64,000 bases of DNA from Alphaproteobacteria bacterium (GTDB lineage: Bacteria > Pseudomonadota > Alphaproteobacteria > Rs-D84): assembly GCA_017472065.1 (NCBI GenBank), contig JAFURB010000007.1, positions 64,626 to 128,625 of the forward strand, read 5' to 3'. The notes below the pieces were generated by a model. It was not told the origin of the DNA and made no database searches. It was given only the letters and a program-made list of their open reading frames with translations. This document shows, piece after piece, positions 62,116 to 64,000 of this stretch (its first letter is position 1; the number at the start of each line of letters is the position of its first letter). A program made the translations under genes and the position numbers.

Positions 62116-62418
62116 TTACTCTCCGTCCATAACTTTTGGTACTGCGAAATAACCGCGGGATGTGCCGGCATTGTCGGGTGTGTTAGCCAAAACCAAGTCG
62201 CGAATGTTGCCATCGGTCACCACGTCGGCGCGACGCGGTAATTTGTGTTCCGCAGGGTTTAGTATTGGTTCAACACCGGTGGTGTCAATTTTTTGTAGTT
62301 TGTCCAACCATTCAACAACCGAATCGATATTCATTTCGGCCAGTTTTTCGTCCGTAATTTCGATTTTGATTAAATCTGCGAATTTTTGTAATTGTTGCTT
62401 GCTAAATGCCATTTTCAA
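62116..62418 (-). CDS. gatC: Glu-tRNA(Gln) amidotransferase subunit C
   Basis: 100 aa with a typical GatC layout (KFADLIKIEITDEKLAEM...LRRADVV) directly upstream of gatA. Confidence 0.85.
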   Translation of the reverse strand: MKMAFSKQQLQKFADLIKIEITDEKLAEMNIDSVVEWLDKLQKIDTTGVEPILNPAEHKLPRRADVVTDGNIRDLVLANTPDNAGTSRGYFAVPKVMDGE

Positions 62419-62449
62419 TCCTATATTTACAAAGTAAAGGAATTATACA

Positions 62450-62896
62450 ATGATTTTGCCAGATTTCAAGGCTTTTCCGCGCGTGGGGCGCATTATTGGT
62501 GTTGACTGGGGCGCACGTCGCGTTGGTGTGGCGGTATCTGATGAAACGCGCTGTTTCGTTTTTGCGCGTCCCACGATAAATGTTGGGCCTGGTGATGATG
62601 TGGCCGCAGTTGTTGCACGTGTGGCAACCGATGAAAGGGTGGGTGGTATTGTTGTAGGGTTGCCACTGTATCCAGATGGCGCGGAAAGCGACACAACAAA
62701 AATGGTTCGTGAATTTATAAATGCTTTGTCGCAGAAAACGGATTTGCCAATTGTAACGGTTGAAGAAAACCTGACATCTGTTTCGGCCCAGGAATCAATG
62801 GGCCGTGTTCGGGTTCGTGATATAAAAGAAAGGCTGGATTCAGAATCCGCACGCGTGATACTGGAAAATGCCATCGCATTAATAAACCGGAACTAA
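62450..62896 (+). CDS. ruvX: Holliday-junction resolvase-like nuclease RuvX (YqgF)
   Basis: 148 aa containing GVDWGARRVGVAVSD, GGIVVGLPLYPDG and DERLTS-like EENLTS. Confidence 0.85.
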   Translation: MILPDFKAFPRVGRIIGVDWGARRVGVAVSDETRCFVFARPTINVGPGDDVAAVVARVATDERVGGIVVGLPLYPDGAESDTTKMVREFINALSQKTDLPIVTVEENLTSVSAQESMGRVRVRDIKERLDSESARVILENAIALINRN

Positions 62897-62931
62897 AAAA
62901 GTTCCGGTTTTTATGCGTATAGATTGATTTT

Positions 62932-63975
62932 TTAGTCTTCGTTTTTATCTGGAATTTTTCCATCCGCAGACAACAATATTGCAATCCAACGAGTGTTGTC
63001 AAACTGGGCCGTCACAATATATAAACCGACCAGGATTGGAACACTGAAAAACATACCGGCAATGCCCCAAATCATGCCCCAGAATACCAGGTTGATTAAT
63101 ATGGCCAAGGTTGACAGGTTCAAACTTTTACCCATCAGTTTTGGTTCCATGATGTTGCCAAATAATATCTGTAATCCAATTAAACCACCGGCGGTCAGTA
63201 ATGGTAATTCCCAGCCTGGGGCAACGGTAAATGAATACAGTATCGGCAATGAACATGCCACAATCGCACCGATTGTTGGAATATAACTGGTTATAAATAC
63301 GATAAATGCCCAGACACCCGCAAATTCTAGACCAATCATTTGTAGCCATATATATGACGCGACCCCAGTAATGCCAGATATTACAGTTTTCATGAATAGA
63401 TATTTTTTCATGTTGTTATCGATGCTGTCGATTATATAGCGCATCTTTCTGGCACGGGATTTGTTGGGAATCAATGCGGTAAATTTCTTGTTAAATGTGC
63501 TTTGTTCGACAAACATGAATATCATGTATACAAACACCATGCCGATTGATGTTGCAAATCCGGCGGCAGATGAACCGATGCTGGTCACGGCCTTGGTTAT
63601 ATTTGGGATCATGTTGGCGTCGAATTTTAATCCGACGGAATTAGACAGATAGTTCCCAAATGATACCAATTTATCTTGAATCGCGGGCAGGGCAGATACC
63701 AGTTCGTTAAACATTGGTTTTATCTGGGATGCGAACAAGTATATTATGCCACATATCGTCGCCAATGATGTAATGTGTGCCGTCCAATCGAATATTATAT
63801 CCAAAATTCTTTCGCGACGTGTGGTCGGTTGGGTGTGTGGAAATACGCGACGAAAATAGTCAGATATCGCATTTACCAGATACCATAAAAATGCCGCAAC
63901 CAACAGTGGGATAAATATTGATCGTCCAATCCACAATAATAATATTAGTGCGCCAAAGATTAATAATCCGTTCAT
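62932..63975 (-). CDS. AI-2E family transporter (PerM/UPF0118)
   Basis: 347 aa and multi-TM, with the conserved C-terminal block EPKLMGKSLNLSTLAILINLVFWGMIWGIAGMFFSVPI. Confidence 0.8.
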   Translation of the reverse strand: MNGLLIFGALILLLWIGRSIFIPLLVAAFLWYLVNAISDYFRRVFPHTQPTTRRERILDIIFDWTAHITSLATICGIIYLFASQIKPMFNELVSALPAIQDKLVSFGNYLSNSVGLKFDANMIPNITKAVTSIGSSAAGFATSIGMVFVYMIFMFVEQSTFNKKFTALIPNKSRARKMRYIIDSIDNNMKKYLFMKTVISGITGVASYIWLQMIGLEFAGVWAFIVFITSYIPTIGAIVACSLPILYSFTVAPGWELPLLTAGGLIGLQILFGNIMEPKLMGKSLNLSTLAILINLVFWGMIWGIAGMFFSVPILVGLYIVTAQFDNTRWIAILLSADGKIPDKNED

Positions 63976-64000
63976 GGGGTGGTCCTTTCTAGATTATGTA

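Noticed and set aside
62116-62213. 34-codon N-terminal extension of gatA in the tracked ORF (60645-62213).
   Set aside because: The extension overlaps the 3' end of gatC. The internal Met (MINLTLTEALKKL) matches the normal GatA N-terminus and lies 4 nt after the gatC stop.

Overview
This is a 64-kb chromosomal window of about 40% GC by eye. It is densely packed with housekeeping genes whose content looks alphaproteobacterial (an inference from the gene set). The recognisable genes are serS, trxB, xerD-like, lptF/G, greA, mutL, yajC-secD-secF, ftsK, rarA, a Ros/MucR-type regulator, a ybeY-lnt fusion, trmB, gltX, hlyIII, thrS, tatA, dksA, trxA, sufS-sufT-sufE, ftsL-ftsI, recJ, nrnA, lolA, tatB-tatC, an nlpD-like gene, an lldD-like gene, miaB, gatC-gatA / gatB, ruvX and an AI-2E transporter. 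There are also tRNA-Lys(CUU) and tRNA-Phe(GAA). The stand-out feature is a complete diversity-generating retroelement (DGR) at about 37.7-41.8 kb. A 147-nt variable repeat (VR, 38683-38829) sits inside a secreted Cys-rich protein gene, and a 147-nt template repeat (TR, 40052-40198) lies in a non-coding gap. The two differ at 20 positions, and 18 of those are adenines in the TR. The TR is followed by a small accessory ORF that does not look like Avd and by a reverse transcriptase with DGR hallmark motifs (LPIGNLTSQ, YCDD). The target gene is bracketed by clusters of a palindromic MITE/REP-like repeat family. It is preceded by a promoter-hairpin-terminator RNA element that has a homologous copy at about 23.9-24.1 kb. 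Other items worth a second look:
- a 4-gene minus-strand operon with a toxin/immunity-like flavour (25.8-27.9 kb)
- two pairs of tandem paralogous small proteins
- a Ros/MucR homologue lacking its zinc ligands
- an S41 peptidase homologue lacking its Ser/Lys dyad
- a SodC-like lipoprotein lacking metal-binding histidines
- a TGS-less ThrRS
- an autotransporter-like ORF with no signal peptide
All calls come from reading the sequence and the translated ORFs. No database searches were run.
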